Source: an uncultured Planctomycetales bacterium (GTDB lineage Bacteria; Omnitrophota; Gorgyraeia; Zapsychrales; JAHFFX01). Taken from it: DNA of 64,000 nucleotides. The position numbers and the translations under genes are program-made. Each line of letters begins with the position of its first letter. Position 1 is the stretch's first letter. This document shows positions 1-7,922 of the stretch, piece by piece. Under the pieces are notes generated by a model. The model made no database searches. It saw nothing but the letters and a program-made list of their open reading frames with translations, and was not told where the DNA came from. The stretch is taken from contig CAYJRN010000002.1 in the NCBI GenBank assembly GCA_964372915.1, positions 1,409 to 65,408 of the forward strand, given 5' to 3'.

Positions 1-635
1 AGATTGGGTCCGTATTGGAATGATTCTTCGGGACGGCGAATATAGTTGGGGTCGATAGAAAAAATTTCAATGAAGGCATCCATCGGCAGTTGAAAATAGC
101 GACCCACTCTGTGCGCCCAGGTGGTGGCGTTAAAGACATTGGAACAACCCGAGAGAGGGCAGCTCATCGTGTTGCGAGTATTGTCTCCGCAACCGTTCAA
201 CGTATTCCAACCGGATTCAGCGATCCGTTTGATGATTTCAATAACCTGCGGCTTCTTGACCCAATGGAATTGAATGTTCTGACGGGTGGTGAAGCGGATG
301 GAAGGGTGTCCGTTCTTGTCTTCGGTGTATTTTTCCGAGAGCTCGTCGATCAAGTTCCATTGCGTACGGGTTAAAGGGCCGCCTCCGATGACGCTCACGC
401 GGAGCATGTACATCCAATCTTTTTCCTCGCCGGTTTGGGCGCGGTTAAATTCCAAATAAATCCCTTGAGATTTGGCGAGTTGTTCCGATTCCCAGGTCAG
501 GTCAGGAAGTTCGTTGCGGAATTCCGACAATAGATTTCCCCGACCGCCGTTAGAAGCTAACTTATTCAACTCTTCTTTGCAGAATTTCTCTTTTGGTGTA
601 TGGAAATTCGGATTGAAATCTTTCTTAATGGACAT
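1..635 (-). CDS. Nitrite/sulfite reductase family hemoprotein (siroheme and 4Fe-4S type), N-terminal part. The gene starts at 635 and runs past the window start.
   Basis: Own reverse-strand translation from ATG at 635..633 gives MSIKKDFNPNF...GIYLEFNRAQTGEEKDWMYMLRVSVIGGGPLT...IRFTTRQNIQFHWVKK...NGCGDNTRNTMSCP. This resembles the NirA/Sir ferredoxin-like and Fe-S domains. It is not in the ORF track because it runs off the edge. Confidence 0.5.
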   Translation of the reverse strand, partial: MSIKKDFNPNFHTPKEKFCKEELNKLASNGGRGNLLSEFRNELPDLTWESEQLAKSQGIYLEFNRAQTGEEKDWMYMLRVSVIGGGPLTRTQWNLIDELSEKYTEDKNGHPSIRFTTRQNIQFHWVKKPQVIEIIKRIAESGWNTLNGCGDNTRNTMSCPLSGCSNVFNATTWAHRVGRYFQLPMDAFIEIFSIDPNYIRRPEESFQYGPN

Positions 636-731
636 AGACTACAATATAATCCCTTGCCCTCTATAAATCAACGCATTTTTAGAGGTAATGAACCCCTTGC
701 TAAATTTCATCTGTAGGAATACACTAAAATC

Positions 732-1820
732 ATGAATGATATAAAAACTCAAGACGTCCAGTATCGAGGCCGATTCTGGCACACCCAGGAAGACGGTCGT
801 ATTTTCTGTAATTTGTGTCCCCGCAACTGTCGCTTAGGCGATGGCCAGCGGGGATTTTGTTTTGTCCGTCAGAACATCGGCGGTGAAATGATCCTGACCA
901 CCTACGGCCGCAGCAGCGGCTTCTGCATTGACCCCGTTGAGAAAAAACCCCTCAACCATTATTATCCAGGCACGAGCATTCTTTCGTTCGGTACCGCCGG
1001 GTGCAATCTGGGTTGCAAGTTCTGCCAAAATTGGGACATCAGTAAATCTCGCGAATTTGATCGCTTAAACGATGAGGCGTCGCCTAAAAAAATCGCCGAA
1101 GCCGCAAAGGAACTCGGCTGCACAAGTGTAGCGTTCACCTACAACGATCCGGTGATCTTCGCGGAATACGCGATGGATGTCGCCGACGCTTGCCGGGCAC
1201 TGGGCATTCATCCCGTTGCTAAGACCGCCGGCTACATCACCGACGAAGCCCGTCCGGAATTCTATCGGCATATGGACGCGGCGAATGTGGACCTTAAAGC
1301 TTTTACAGAAAATTTTTATAAGCAACTGACCTTGGCGGCGCTTCAACCGGTCCTGGATACGCTGGTGTATATCAAAAAAGAAACGAATGTATGGCTTGAA
1401 ATCACCAACCTTGTGATTCCAGGGGAAAACGATAGCGATAAGGAATTCCACGAAATGACCGAGTGGATTATGAAAAATTTGGGACCGGATGTCCCATTGC
1501 ATTTTACGGCCTTTCATCCGGATTTTCGCATGCTGGATCATCCCCCCACGCCGCCCGCAACTTTAACGCGGGCCAGAGAGATTGCCCTCTCGAAAGGATT
1601 GCGGTACGTTTACACGGGAAATGTTCACGATCCCAAAGGCGCCAGCACCTATTGTCATCATTGTAAAAAACTTTTGATTGAGCGCGATTGGTATAATCTG
1701 GGTCAGTATCATTTAACTCACAACAATCAATGCCGCTTTTGCGCCAGCGAATGTCCCGGGCATTTTGAGGATCGCCCAGGGAATTGGGGACGCAAGCGTG
1801 TCCCTGTGAGAATAGCATAA
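732..1820 (+). CDS. amrS: AmmeMemoRadiSam-system radical SAM enzyme (AmrS-like)
   Basis: CNLCPRNC motif, then the radical SAM cluster FGTAGCNLGCKFCQNWDIS and DPVEKKPLNHYYPG. Divergent from the upstream minus-strand gene. Confidence 0.8.
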   Translation: MNDIKTQDVQYRGRFWHTQEDGRIFCNLCPRNCRLGDGQRGFCFVRQNIGGEMILTTYGRSSGFCIDPVEKKPLNHYYPGTSILSFGTAGCNLGCKFCQNWDISKSREFDRLNDEASPKKIAEAAKELGCTSVAFTYNDPVIFAEYAMDVADACRALGIHPVAKTAGYITDEARPEFYRHMDAANVDLKAFTENFYKQLTLAALQPVLDTLVYIKKETNVWLEITNLVIPGENDSDKEFHEMTEWIMKNLGPDVPLHFTAFHPDFRMLDHPPTPPATLTRAREIALSKGLRYVYTGNVHDPKGASTYCHHCKKLLIERDWYNLGQYHLTHNNQCRFCASECPGHFEDRPGNWGRKRVPVRIA

Positions 1821-1925
1821 ATACCAGTTTCTCCTTGAATAGGTTCGTAAAAAGGAGGTAGAATACAGCCCATCAAATATTTGAATGAGGGAGCACCAGC
1901 ATAATAAGATTGATGGAGGTGATTT

Positions 1926-2450
1926 ATGTTTCGGATATTCATCGTTGTCTGCGGTATTTTGTTCAGCGTCGGTGTTGGACAGGCGGTATTGGCTGCAACG
2001 GGGGTTGCAGATATTAAGGGAACGGCTCCGGATTCGCAAATTTCCGGTCAAGCGACTTTCAAGGATGTGGATGGTGGTTTGAGCGTGGAAGCACAACTGC
2101 AGGGTGTGGCGCCCGGGAAACACGGTTTCCACATTCACGAGTTCGGTGATTGCTCGGATCATGGCAAAGCGGCCGGAAGTCATTATAATCCTGAAGGTGT
2201 TCAACATGGAGATCTTATGAAGGAGGGCCACGAAAAAGCCCACGCCGGGGACATGGGCAACGTCGAGATCGGCCCTGACGGGACCGGAACCTATCAAGGA
2301 ACATTACCGGGTATCACCCTAAGCGGTGGCGCCCAAAACGTCGGCGGACGCGCCGTCATTCTCCATGAAAAAGAAGATGATTTCAGTCAACCGACCGGGA
2401 ATGCGGGCGGTCGTATAGGCTGCGGAACCATCGACATCACGGAACAATAG
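1926..2450 (+). CDS. sodC: Periplasmic Cu/Zn superoxide dismutase
   Basis: Signal peptide, then GFHIHEFGDCS, GSHYNP, HAGDMGNV, AVILHEKEDD and GNAGGRIGCG, the classic SodC metal-ligand motifs. Confidence 0.9.
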   Translation: MFRIFIVVCGILFSVGVGQAVLAATGVADIKGTAPDSQISGQATFKDVDGGLSVEAQLQGVAPGKHGFHIHEFGDCSDHGKAAGSHYNPEGVQHGDLMKEGHEKAHAGDMGNVEIGPDGTGTYQGTLPGITLSGGAQNVGGRAVILHEKEDDFSQPTGNAGGRIGCGTIDITEQ

Positions 2451-2457
2451 GGATTGC

Positions 2458-2537
2458 TGCCGCTTCAACGAAATGATACGAATCACGAGCGGCACCAGTG
2501 CCCTTAATCTTAATAAGGAAATCATTGTAAGGGCACT
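2458..2537 (+). promoter_or_regulatory. Two consecutive hairpins between sodC and the next gene. The second (CAGTGCCCTTA ... TAAGGGCACTG, 11-bp perfect stem) contains the AAGGG ribosome-binding site and ends 2 nt before the ATG at 2540.
   Basis: Inverted repeats TGCCGCT/AGCGGCA (2465-2494) and CAGTGCCCTTA/TAAGGGCACTG (2497-2537) read directly from the sequence. Confidence 0.4.
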
Positions 2538-2539
2538 GG

Positions 2540-3079
2540 ATGTTCAAACCGGAAACTTCTGTTCTTTTGGTCATCGACGTGCAGGGAACATTGGCGCACC
2601 GCATGCACGAAAAGGAAAAACTTTTTAAGAACCTCACGTCGATCATCAAGGCCGCGTCTATTTTGGATATCCCGGTTCTCTGGACAGAACAGGCCCCTCA
2701 AAAGATTGGCGCGACCGTCTCAGAGATTGCCGATCTCCTAACAGGTCTTCAGCCTATTGCCAAAACGAGTTTCAGTTGTCTTAAGGAACCCGTGTTTCTC
2801 GCGGCGCTGCGAAAACTTAAGCGTCGCCAGGTGATCGTCCTTGGGATTGAAACTCACGTTTGCGTGTATCAGACGGTCGCAGATTTGGTGGATGGTAAAT
2901 ATTCGGTGCAGGTCGTGACCGACGCTGTCTCTTCGCGCACGGCGGAAAATAAGGCACACGGGTTGGAACGGATCAAAGCAACGGGAGCCGTTTTAACCTG
3001 TGTAGAAATGATCGCCTGCGAGCTCTTAGGCAAAGCCGAGGGGCCCAAGTTCAAAGAGATTTTGCAATTGATCAAATAA
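2540..3079 (+). CDS. Isochorismatase-family cysteine hydrolase
   Basis: VLLVIDVQ, IVLGIETHVCVYQT and DAVSS motifs typical of the isochorismatase/YcaC family. Confidence 0.75.
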   Translation: MFKPETSVLLVIDVQGTLAHRMHEKEKLFKNLTSIIKAASILDIPVLWTEQAPQKIGATVSEIADLLTGLQPIAKTSFSCLKEPVFLAALRKLKRRQVIVLGIETHVCVYQTVADLVDGKYSVQVVTDAVSSRTAENKAHGLERIKATGAVLTCVEMIACELLGKAEGPKFKEILQLIK

Positions 3080-3088
3080 GGGTTATCT

Positions 3089-5062
3089 ATGGCAAAAGGA
3101 AAAAAGGGTGCTGTAAAATCAAAAGAGAATACAACCGTGGCCGCCCTGCTTCTGGAGAATCGTATTTTTGATCCCGGTCAGGCGTTTAGATCTTCCGCTC
3201 ATATCAAAGACGCAAAAATTTATTCTCTGGCTCGAAAAAATCCGGAAAAATTTTGGGGTCAGCAAGCCAAGGCCCTCACCTGGTTCAAACCCTGGAAGAA
3301 AATCCTCGAATGGAAACCGCCCTTCGCGAAATGGTTCATCGGCGGAACAATCAATGCCTGCAGCAATTGTGTGGACCGGCACATCCCAACGAGCCGCCGC
3401 AATAAAGCCGCTTTGATTTGGGAAGGCGAGCCCGGCGATTCCAGGACGCTCACCTATTACGATCTTTATCGTGAAGTCAACAAACTCGCCAATGCCATCA
3501 AATCCTTGGGTGTGAAGAAAGGCGACCGGGTCGCTATTTATTTGCCGATGATTCCCGAAGCGGTCATCAGTATGCTCGCCTGCGCTCGTATCGGCGCTGT
3601 GCATTCGGTGGTCTTCGGTGGTTTTAGCGCGGAGGCCTTGAAAGAACGTATTAATGATGCCTCGGCCAAGCTCCTTATCACCGCCGACGGTGGATTCCGT
3701 CGGGGCGCGGTGGTGCCGCTCAAACAGGCCGCTGATACCGCCATTCAATCCTGTCCGACCATTAAAAACGTGATTGTCGTCAAGCGCACCGGAAATGACA
3801 TTGATATGCAGCCAGGCCGGGACCATTGGTATCACGAATTCGTTCGCGATGCCGAACCTTACTGCAAACCCGAAGAAATGGATGCCGAGGACATGTTGTT
3901 TATTCTTTATACTTCGGGCTCTACGGGGAAGCCCAAGGGCATTATGCATACGACCGGTGGTTACCTGACGGGTGTTACCTATACTTCGAAATATGTTTTT
4001 GATTTAAAGGACGAAGATGTTTTTTGGTGCACGGCGGATGTTGGCTGGGTGACGGGTCACAGTTATATCGCCTATGGACCGCTTGCTAACGGCGCCACCC
4101 AGGTGATTTACGAAGGTTCGCCCGACTGGCCGGAAAGAAATCGTTTTTGGAAGATTATTGAAAAATACGGCGTTACCATCTTTTATACCGCGCCGACGGC
4201 CATCCGCACCTTTATGAAATGGGGAACCCAGTGGCCCGAGGGTTGCAATCTTTCGAGCTTGCGGCTCTTGGGGAGCGTAGGAGAACCCATTAATCCCGAG
4301 GCGTGGATTTGGTATCATAAAAATATCGGCCGAGGGAAATGTCCCATTGTCGACACGTGGTGGCAAACGGAGACCGGAAGTATTTTGATTTCACCGCTTC
4401 CCGGCGTGACTAAGCTTAAACCGGGTTCGGCGACTTACCCATTGCCGGGCATCGAAGCCAAGGTCTTGAACGAAAAAGGAGAAGAGATCGAAGTCGGCGG
4501 CGGGTATTTGGCTCTCACCAAGCCCTGGCCATCAATGTTGCGAGGTATTTGGGGGGATCCGGAACGTTTCCAGCAAACGTATTTCAGCCGCTGGAAAAAT
4601 ATTTATTTCACCGGTGACGGAGCGAAAAAAGACGAAGACGGCTATTATTGGTTGTTGGGCCGGGTGGATGATATTATGCTCGTTGCCGGCCACAATATCG
4701 CAACGATGGAAGTGGAAAGCGCTCTGGTGGATCATCCCAGCGTCGCGGAATCGGCGGTTGTGGGTATTTCCGATGAGATTAAGGGAACCGCGATCGCGGC
4801 GTTTGTGACCCTTAAGGAAGGTAATAAGGCGAACAAGGAGTTCGAAGATATTCTCAAACAGCATGTGGTCACAAAAATCGGCGCCATTGCCCGTCCGCAG
4901 AAAATTATTTTTACCCATGACCTTCCCAAGACTCGCAGCGGGAAGATCATGCGACGTCTTTTGCGGGACGTGGCCGAAGGCCGGGCCTTGGGGGATGTCA
5001 CGACGCTAGCGGATGCGGGTGTCGTTGAATCACTCAAGAAAAAATATGAAGAAGAGTCATGA
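3089..5062 (+). CDS. acs: Acetyl-CoA synthetase (AMP-forming)
   Basis: [30 protein letters not shown] and the C-terminal [11 protein letters not shown] motif; 657 aa. Confidence 0.95.
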   Translation: MAKGKKGAVKSKENTTVAALLLENRIFDPGQAFRSSAHIKDAKIYSLARKNPEKFWGQQAKALTWFKPWKKILEWKPPFAKWFIGGTINACSNCVDRHIPTSRRNKAALIWEGEPGDSRTLTYYDLYREVNKLANAIKSLGVKKGDRVAIYLPMIPEAVISMLACARIGAVHSVVFGGFSAEALKERINDASAKLLITADGGFRRGAVVPLKQAADTAIQSCPTIKNVIVVKRTGNDIDMQPGRDHWYHEFVRDAEPYCKPEEMDAEDMLFILYTSGSTGKPKGIMHTTGGYLTGVTYTSKYVFDLKDEDVFWCTADVGWVTGHSYIAYGPLANGATQVIYEGSPDWPERNRFWKIIEKYGVTIFYTAPTAIRTFMKWGTQWPEGCNLSSLRLLGSVGEPINPEAWIWYHKNIGRGKCPIVDTWWQTETGSILISPLPGVTKLKPGSATYPLPGIEAKVLNEKGEEIEVGGGYLALTKPWPSMLRGIWGDPERFQQTYFSRWKNIYFTGDGAKKDEDGYYWLLGRVDDIMLVAGHNIATMEVESALVDHPSVAESAVVGISDEIKGTAIAAFVTLKEGNKANKEFEDILKQHVVTKIGAIARPQKIIFTHDLPKTRSGKIMRRLLRDVAEGRALGDVTTLADAGVVESLKKKYEEES

Positions 5063-5445
5063 GTTTTCCTATGGCAGCTCAGGCAAAAAAAATAATCCTG
5101 GTAGTTGATGACGATCCCGATATCCTTTATGCGACTAAGAAATTTTTGGAAAAAAAAGGTTTTGAGGTTCCTATCGCGGTTAATGGTCGTGAGGCCTTGG
5201 ACTATATCAAAGAGAACACTTGCCCTGATCTTATTATTTTGGATATCCAAATGAAGGAGATGGATGGGTATACGTTCATTAATGAGTTGAATAAATTGAA
5301 TTTACCTAAGAAGATTCCCAGCATTGTTATTTCAGCTTATTCTGAATTGGAACAGGCGATGCTTTTAAAAGGCGTGAACAAGTATATGATCAAACCGGTT
5401 CATCCGGAAGATCTGCTGGAGAAAGTCAAAGAGTGTTTGAGATGA
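5059..5445 (+). CDS. Single-domain response regulator receiver (CheY-like)
   Basis: [18 protein letters not shown] and the conserved K in MIKP. Its start overlaps the acs stop (ATGA). Confidence 0.85.
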   Translation: MSFPMAAQAKKIILVVDDDPDILYATKKFLEKKGFEVPIAVNGREALDYIKENTCPDLIILDIQMKEMDGYTFINELNKLNLPKKIPSIVISAYSELEQAMLLKGVNKYMIKPVHPEDLLEKVKECLR

Positions 5446-5819
5446 CCATGGCTAAACGAATTCTATTGGTAGATGATGAAGGTGATGTCTTGGAGGCGAC
5501 CCGGAACGTCCTCAAAAGGCTGGGTTATGAAGTCGAAATAGCCCAAGATGGGGTTACAGCGCTTCAAAAAATACAGGATGACCCGGCCTTTGATTTGATC
5601 TTCTTGGATGTTCAGATGCCGGACATGAATGGGTACACGTTTATGTTCGAACTTTACCGGGAGGAGAAAAACCGTAATATCCCCATTATCGTTGTTTCAG
5701 CCTATTCCGAAATGGCGCCCATCTTCAAGCACCGGGGTGTTAAGGATTATCTCGTCAAACCCGTCCGGATGGAAGAACTCTTGGAAAAAGTCAAACAATT
5801 CGTTGGCCCTCCGAAATAA
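5433..5819 (+). CDS. Single-domain response regulator receiver (CheY-like), paralog of the preceding gene
   Basis: LVDDEGD, FLDVQMPDMNG and LVKP. It overlaps the preceding receiver gene. Confidence 0.85.
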   Translation: MFEMTMAKRILLVDDEGDVLEATRNVLKRLGYEVEIAQDGVTALQKIQDDPAFDLIFLDVQMPDMNGYTFMFELYREEKNRNIPIIVVSAYSEMAPIFKHRGVKDYLVKPVRMEELLEKVKQFVGPPK

Positions 5820-6014
5820 TCCGCCTCCTAAACAAAATTTGCTTTTTTTTATTTTGTAGAATACACTTACTATACTGTAGCCAAAAAGATTTATTTAATC
5901 CCGCTTCGCACCCCGCCTCCGGCGGGGGAACTTTCCGCAAGTGAAAGACAAAAGAGATTTCAGGGATGTGAGTCCGCGGGGAGCCAGTAACCTGTTAATT
6001 GATAGGAGGAGGAA

Positions 6015-6875
6015 ATGAAAAGGCATTACTTTGGAATTGTGCTTTTGTTTGCCGTCGTGAGTATTTTTGTGTTTGTTCGCCCGGTATTGGCTTACGATTA
6101 CGGCGACAATCGCTCTACCACGCTGGTTTCTAAAGCCTGGGGCGCTTTGAACCAGAATGATACGGAAGCCGTCCTGGCCTACACGAACAAGTGTATTGAA
6201 CTTTATGGCGACAAGGCTAAAGAGATGCAGGCGAGTCTTAAGGATTACCCTTGGGGATCCAACGATGAGATCTTTTCTTTTTGGGCATTGAATGATGTCG
6301 CCACGGCCCTTTATATTCAAGGGGAAGCTTACCGCAGAGCCGACATGAAGGATGAAGCCAAAGAGGTATTCAGCAAATTAGTTAACGAGTATAGTTATGG
6401 GCAGTGCTGGGACCCCAAGGGATGGTTCTGGAAGCCAGCCGAGACCGCCAAAGAAAAAATCAACATGATAGAGAGTGGCGTGGCGGTCGATTTATCGGAC
6501 AACTCCTCCAGTACGCTCACAACGAAAGCCTGGGAAGCCTTGGCAGCCAAGGATTTGAAGGCGGTCGATATTTACGTTGATAAGATTTTACAGCTTTATG
6601 AAAAAGGGGCCAAGGAGATGCAGGCTTCCTTGACAGGATACGCTTGGGAGTCCAAGGAAAAGATTTTTTCTTATTGGGCCTTAAATGATGTGGGTACCGC
6701 GCTCTATATTAAAGGCAAGGCCCATGAAGAAGCAGGCGATTCAGAGGCTGCGATTGCTGCCTACAAAAAGCTTGTGGATGAATTCAAGTTTGCCCAATGC
6801 TGGGATCCGGGGGGTTGGTTTTGGAAACCGGTGGAAGAGGCAGAAAAACATCTTGATGAATTAGCTGTTAAATAA
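6015..6875 (+). CDS. Secreted protein built from two tandem ~125-aa repeats, each ending in QCWDPxGWFWKP; function unknown
   Basis: Signal peptide MKRHYFGIVLLFAVVSIFVFVRPVLA. The repeats TLVSKAWGALNQ...QCWDPKGWFWKP and TLTTKAWEALAA...QCWDPGGWFWKP are about 45% identical. Confidence 0.6.
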   Translation: MKRHYFGIVLLFAVVSIFVFVRPVLAYDYGDNRSTTLVSKAWGALNQNDTEAVLAYTNKCIELYGDKAKEMQASLKDYPWGSNDEIFSFWALNDVATALYIQGEAYRRADMKDEAKEVFSKLVNEYSYGQCWDPKGWFWKPAETAKEKINMIESGVAVDLSDNSSSTLTTKAWEALAAKDLKAVDIYVDKILQLYEKGAKEMQASLTGYAWESKEKIFSYWALNDVGTALYIKGKAHEEAGDSEAAIAAYKKLVDEFKFAQCWDPGGWFWKPVEEAEKHLDELAVK

Positions 6876-6944
6876 GATCTTTTACTGGCTTTTTCTTTTC
6901 CAAATACATAAAGGAAGCCAGTATAACGACCTTTCTTCTTTTGA

Positions 6945-6998
6945 AGAAAAGGCAATATTGACTTCCACCCTATTTTTAGTGGTAGAAAGGTCAATAAG
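6945..6998. promoter_or_regulatory. Conserved ~55-bp element (GAAAAGG-AATATTGACTTCCA ... TAGTGG-AGAAAGGTCAATAA), copy A, 225 bp upstream of sdhC
   Basis: Near-identical to 47143..47197 upstream of atpE. It contains TTGACT (-35-like) and the inverted repeat TTGACTTCCA/TGGAAAGGTCAA. Confidence 0.45.
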
Positions 6999-7004
6999 AA
7001 AGAG

Positions 7005-7074
7005 ATGATATTTTGAGGGCGCCCCTGCGTCTTGCTGTCGCCTGTCTCCCGACAGGCAGGCAAGACAGCAGCAG
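7005..7074. repeat. Long GC-rich imperfect palindrome. The outer 14-bp arms GAGGGCGCCCCTGC/GCAGGGGCGCCCTC are perfect, with inner arms GTCTTG/CAAGAC and GCCTGTC/GACAGGC.
   Basis: Read directly. It lies in the non-coding leader of sdhC; the ORF-track extension 7032..7223 through it is spurious. Confidence 0.6.
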
Positions 7075-7223
7075 GGGCGCCCTCGTTCATTGATAGGAAC
7101 TCTCCGATAGGAATTTTTCCGCATTTCCTCCTTTCCGTAATAAGTGAGCGGATTGTTGAAAAGGTTCGCGTCTGTGCTATAATCCACCTAATTATTTGCA
7201 AAGAAGCGGAGAGCCATGCCCAA

Positions 7224-7922
7224 ATGAGTATTGATAAATTCTTGAGTTCTTCCATCGGCAAAAAACAGATTGTGGCAACGACGGGTCTGGCCTTGATTGT
7301 GTTTGTGCTCAGTCATTTGGCCGGCAATCTTTTTTTATTTGGCGGACCAGAGGCGTATAACGGCTACTGCAAGTTTTTAGCGGGTCTTAGGCCCGGCCTT
7401 TATTTAATTGAATTCGGCCTTTTGATTATTTTTGTGATCCATATGTACTTTACCACGCTGGTTGTTTGGGAAAACATTCAGGCCCGTGGATCCTTAGGGT
7501 ATAAGGTTTATAAATCAGCGGGAGAACGTTCTTGGGCCACACGGCTTATGCCTTATACAGGCACCTTCATTCTGGCTTTTGTCATTTGGCATCTTTTGGA
7601 TTTTACTTTTGTCGATCACGAAGGCCCGCAAAGCATTGTGCGAGGAAGAAGTTTGGGTTTATATGGCGTTGTCTATAACGCTTTTACGGATCCTACCCAC
7701 AGTCTTCTTTACATCGTGGCCATGTTCTGTTTAGGGCTTCATTTAAGTCATGGGATCCAAAGTTTTTTTCAAACCTTCGGCTGGATTAGTCCGCGAACAT
7801 CACCAACCATTGCCAAGGTGAGCAATGCTTTAGGATTCCTTATTGCCTGCGCTTACAGTTCGATTCCAGTCTATGTTTTTCTTCAATATTATTTTCATAT
7901 GAAAGAAATTGCCTGCCTATGA
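7224..7922 (+). CDS. sdhC: Succinate dehydrogenase/fumarate reductase cytochrome b membrane subunit
   Basis: Polytopic membrane protein with conserved His residues (HLAGNLF, HMYFT, HLLDF, HLSHG), directly upstream of sdhA. ATG at 7224 follows a TATAAT-like box at about 7176. Confidence 0.8.
   Translation: MSIDKFLSSSIGKKQIVATTGLALIVFVLSHLAGNLFLFGGPEAYNGYCKFLAGLRPGLYLIEFGLLIIFVIHMYFTTLVVWENIQARGSLGYKVYKSAGERSWATRLMPYTGTFILAFVIWHLLDFTFVDHEGPQSIVRGRSLGLYGVVYNAFTDPTHSLLYIVAMFCLGLHLSHGIQSFFQTFGWISPRTSPTIAKVSNALGFLIACAYSSIPVYVFLQYYFHMKEIACL

Noticed and set aside
90-666. Plus-strand ORFs 90..374 and 472..666
   Set aside because: They are fully overlapped by a longer, motif-bearing reverse-strand reading frame (a nitrite/sulfite reductase-like gene) that continues to the window edge.
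5820-6014. Possible small RNA or CRISPR-like repeat (CCGCTTCGCACCCCGCCTCCGGCGGGGG...)
   Set aside because: Only a single hairpin, with no repeated units or spacers, and I could not match it to a known RNA family by eye. It is noted only as a structured leader of the downstream gene.
7032-7223. N-terminal 64-aa extension of the ORF-track sdhC call (MLSPVSRQAGKTAAGAPSF...)
   Set aside because: It is translated through the 70-nt GC-rich palindrome and a TATAAT box. The conserved cytochrome b sequence begins at the M at 7224. The extension is treated as non-coding leader.
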